Below, piece after piece: positions 62,381 to 64,000 of a stretch of 64,000 nucleotides of DNA (the stretch's first letter is position 1; every line of letters starts with the position of its first letter). The translations under genes and the position numbers were made by a program. Origin of the DNA: an uncultured virus (IMG/VR IMGVR_UViG_3300018412_000011). Taxonomy: Duplodnaviria > Heunggongvirae > Uroviricota > Caudoviricetes. The stretch is taken from the IMG/VR virus record IMGVR_UViG_3300018412_000011. One strand, written 5' to 3'. Under the pieces are notes generated by a model. It was not told the DNA's origin. It was given only the letters and a program-made list of their open reading frames with translations, and made no database searches.

Positions 62381-63408
62381 ATTGGGGATTCCATTATTTT
62401 TCTTGCATCAACAAAACAATCAAATTTCCTCTTTAATCTTAAATCTGGATTATTCATATATAAATGTTCTGCCAGAAGAATAGAATTAAATGCATTCAAC
62501 TTTAACGAACATTGATTGTTGATTGTTCCATATATCCCTCTAATCTCTAACTCATGCTTGAGAGAATTTAAAAAATGAGGACTTGCACTCGTAAAGTAAG
62601 TCATGTATTTCTTTGAATTTTTGTCAAAAGTTATGCAACCATCGCCATCAAAATGACCCCTCACAAAATCAAAAAAATACTCATCAGGAATCTCTGGAAA
62701 TTGCATAATTAACGATTTTTTCTTACATCCCCCCAAACGCATTATATCTTTGCATATTCGGTTTGAATGAATTTCAATATTATGGTTGGCGCTTCTTTTA
62801 TCTTTATAAATAATATGATCGGAATCCATTTTTTCCAAAATGCTTTTTAAAATATATTTCTCATTTTGACTAATAGAAAATACGTTTTTATTTCTTATAC
62901 ATCCATCCGCAAACCAAAATCCTAAAACGTATGCCATATTGCTAGACCACTTACTAAAAAATAATTCATTTATTCTATACTTTCTTTGCCCTCCCGTTGG
63001 GTTTTTAACCCCCAACCAATCGGCCCAAGAAGTCCAACCCCTATTCTTGTATGTTCTACTAGGAAACGAAGGTATAAATTCAGGTCTATCACTTGATTTT
63101 GCATATTTCTTCCAATCGCAAAGAGATTGTAGTTTCACTTTGTTTTCGACATACTTTCGAGCTTCACTGTAAGGCAAAAAATTAGAATTTTTTTGCTTAT
63201 TCGAAATATTAAAAGTTCCTAACCAATGTCCCCAAGAAACCCAACCCTTATCTTTGTATGTTATTTGAGGTTGTCTTGCCACCCCAAGAGGAAAATTCTT
63301 GCTTTTGACATATTTTTTTTGCCAATCATTGTAGCTTTTAATATTTTTATCTTTAATATCTTTTAAGACAATCTCATGAGCTTTTGAAAATGAATAAATT
63401 TCTTTCAT
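62377..63408 (-). CDS. LAGLIDADG homing endonuclease with N-terminal GWxSWxxWLG repeats
   Basis: YVLGFWFADG and FVRGHFDGDG motifs. Confidence 0.85.
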   Translation of the reverse strand: MKEIYSFSKAHEIVLKDIKDKNIKSYNDWQKKYVKSKNFPLGVARQPQITYKDKGWVSWGHWLGTFNISNKQKNSNFLPYSEARKYVENKVKLQSLCDWKKYAKSSDRPEFIPSFPSRTYKNRGWTSWADWLGVKNPTGGQRKYRINELFFSKWSSNMAYVLGFWFADGCIRNKNVFSISQNEKYILKSILEKMDSDHIIYKDKRSANHNIEIHSNRICKDIMRLGGCKKKSLIMQFPEIPDEYFFDFVRGHFDGDGCITFDKNSKKYMTYFTSASPHFLNSLKHELEIRGIYGTINNQCSLKLNAFNSILLAEHLYMNNPDLRLKRKFDCFVDARKIMESPI

Positions 63409-63763
63409 AATTGCTTATTCAAAAATATTAACTAGATTCCTTTAAGCCAACTAAAATAACATCTTGCCAAATCCACTTATTGTCTGGTTTACCCCAGGTT
63501 TTAATGCTGCAAAACGATAACGATTCTTCAAAGTTTCTAACTCTTCTTCTGTTAAGTCTTCAAAGTCTTTTCCTTCAGGCAAAAATTCTTTCTCTGCCTG
63601 ATAAAAAATTTCAAGTTCTTTGGGAATTTCATCATTTAATTCCACTGGTTCTCTTGGTTTAAGATTCGGGTTGAAGGGTAAAAAATCCATGCCCCTTTAT
63701 TCTTATTTTTAATCTATTTTCCCTTGAATTTAAACGCATATTAAAATAACTTCAAATATTGTT

Positions 63764-64000
63764 CTACATCATAATCGCTAAAACAAAATAAATATGTTCG
63801 ATATTTGTTTTTGGAACTATTTTCTCAACTGTTTCGTAAGCAACAACAGAAGCTAATTCAATAGGAAAAGCATGACCTCCCGTTCCTAAAGAAGGGAAAG
63901 CAATGCTTTTTATATTATGTTGATCTGCAAGACGCAAACAAAATTCATAACATTTTGCCAAATCTTCATCCAAACCTTCTTCGGCTGGTTTATAAATATC
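63764..64000 (-). CDS. Macro-domain protein, C-terminal part (starts beyond the window)
   Basis: LAKCY..CL.LA...IKSIAFPSLGTG motif. Confidence 0.8.
   Translation of the reverse strand, partial: DIYKPAEEGLDEDLAKCYEFCLRLADQHNIKSIAFPSLGTGGHAFPIELASVVAYETVEKIVPKTNIEHIYFVLAIMM

Noticed and set aside
212..63662. Most plus-strand ORFs in the track
   Set aside because: They are antisense shadows of minus-strand genes. Only 23701-24186 and 37351-37590 occupy free space.
1..64000. Genome-wide TAG reassignment (alternative genetic code)
   Set aside because: Long genes translate uninterrupted in the standard code, and several ORFs end plausibly at TAG (2497, 24590, 29278, 63451). I found in-frame TAGs only in the Pth2 operon.

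Overview
A 64-kb piece of an AT-rich, densely coding genome, almost entirely on the minus strand, with the gene content of a large (jumbo-type) bacteriophage. It carries recA and a gp32-like SSB, a DnaE polymerase broken into three genes by two split inteins (each break holding a free-standing endonuclease gene), thymidylate kinase, tmRNA, a sigma-70-family factor, RNA-repair and nucleotide enzymes (Rnl2, KptA/Tpt1, phosphoesterase, HADs, MazG-NadD), three tRNA loci plus an amber tRNA, a ~770-nt structured ncRNA, Hsp20, a C5 DNA methyltransferase and a large glycosyl/sulfo/methyltransferase cluster. The main signal is missing from, or mis-started in, the ORF track. Each of the three tRNA loci is preceded by the same arrangement: promoter, near-leaderless short leader ORF, antiterminator and intrinsic terminator. 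Each leader is packed with codons for exactly the amino acids of the downstream tRNAs (Val/Lys/Thr; Ile; Gly/Ala). This reads as ribosome-mediated attenuation that switches on phage tRNAs when the matching host tRNAs fail. A fourth leader (Met-Thr-amber...Pro-Pro) heads an operon with an amber-interrupted Pth2-like gene, near a CUA-anticodon tRNA and a class II aaRS-like gene. All calls come from reading the sequence by eye; no searches or folding programs were run.
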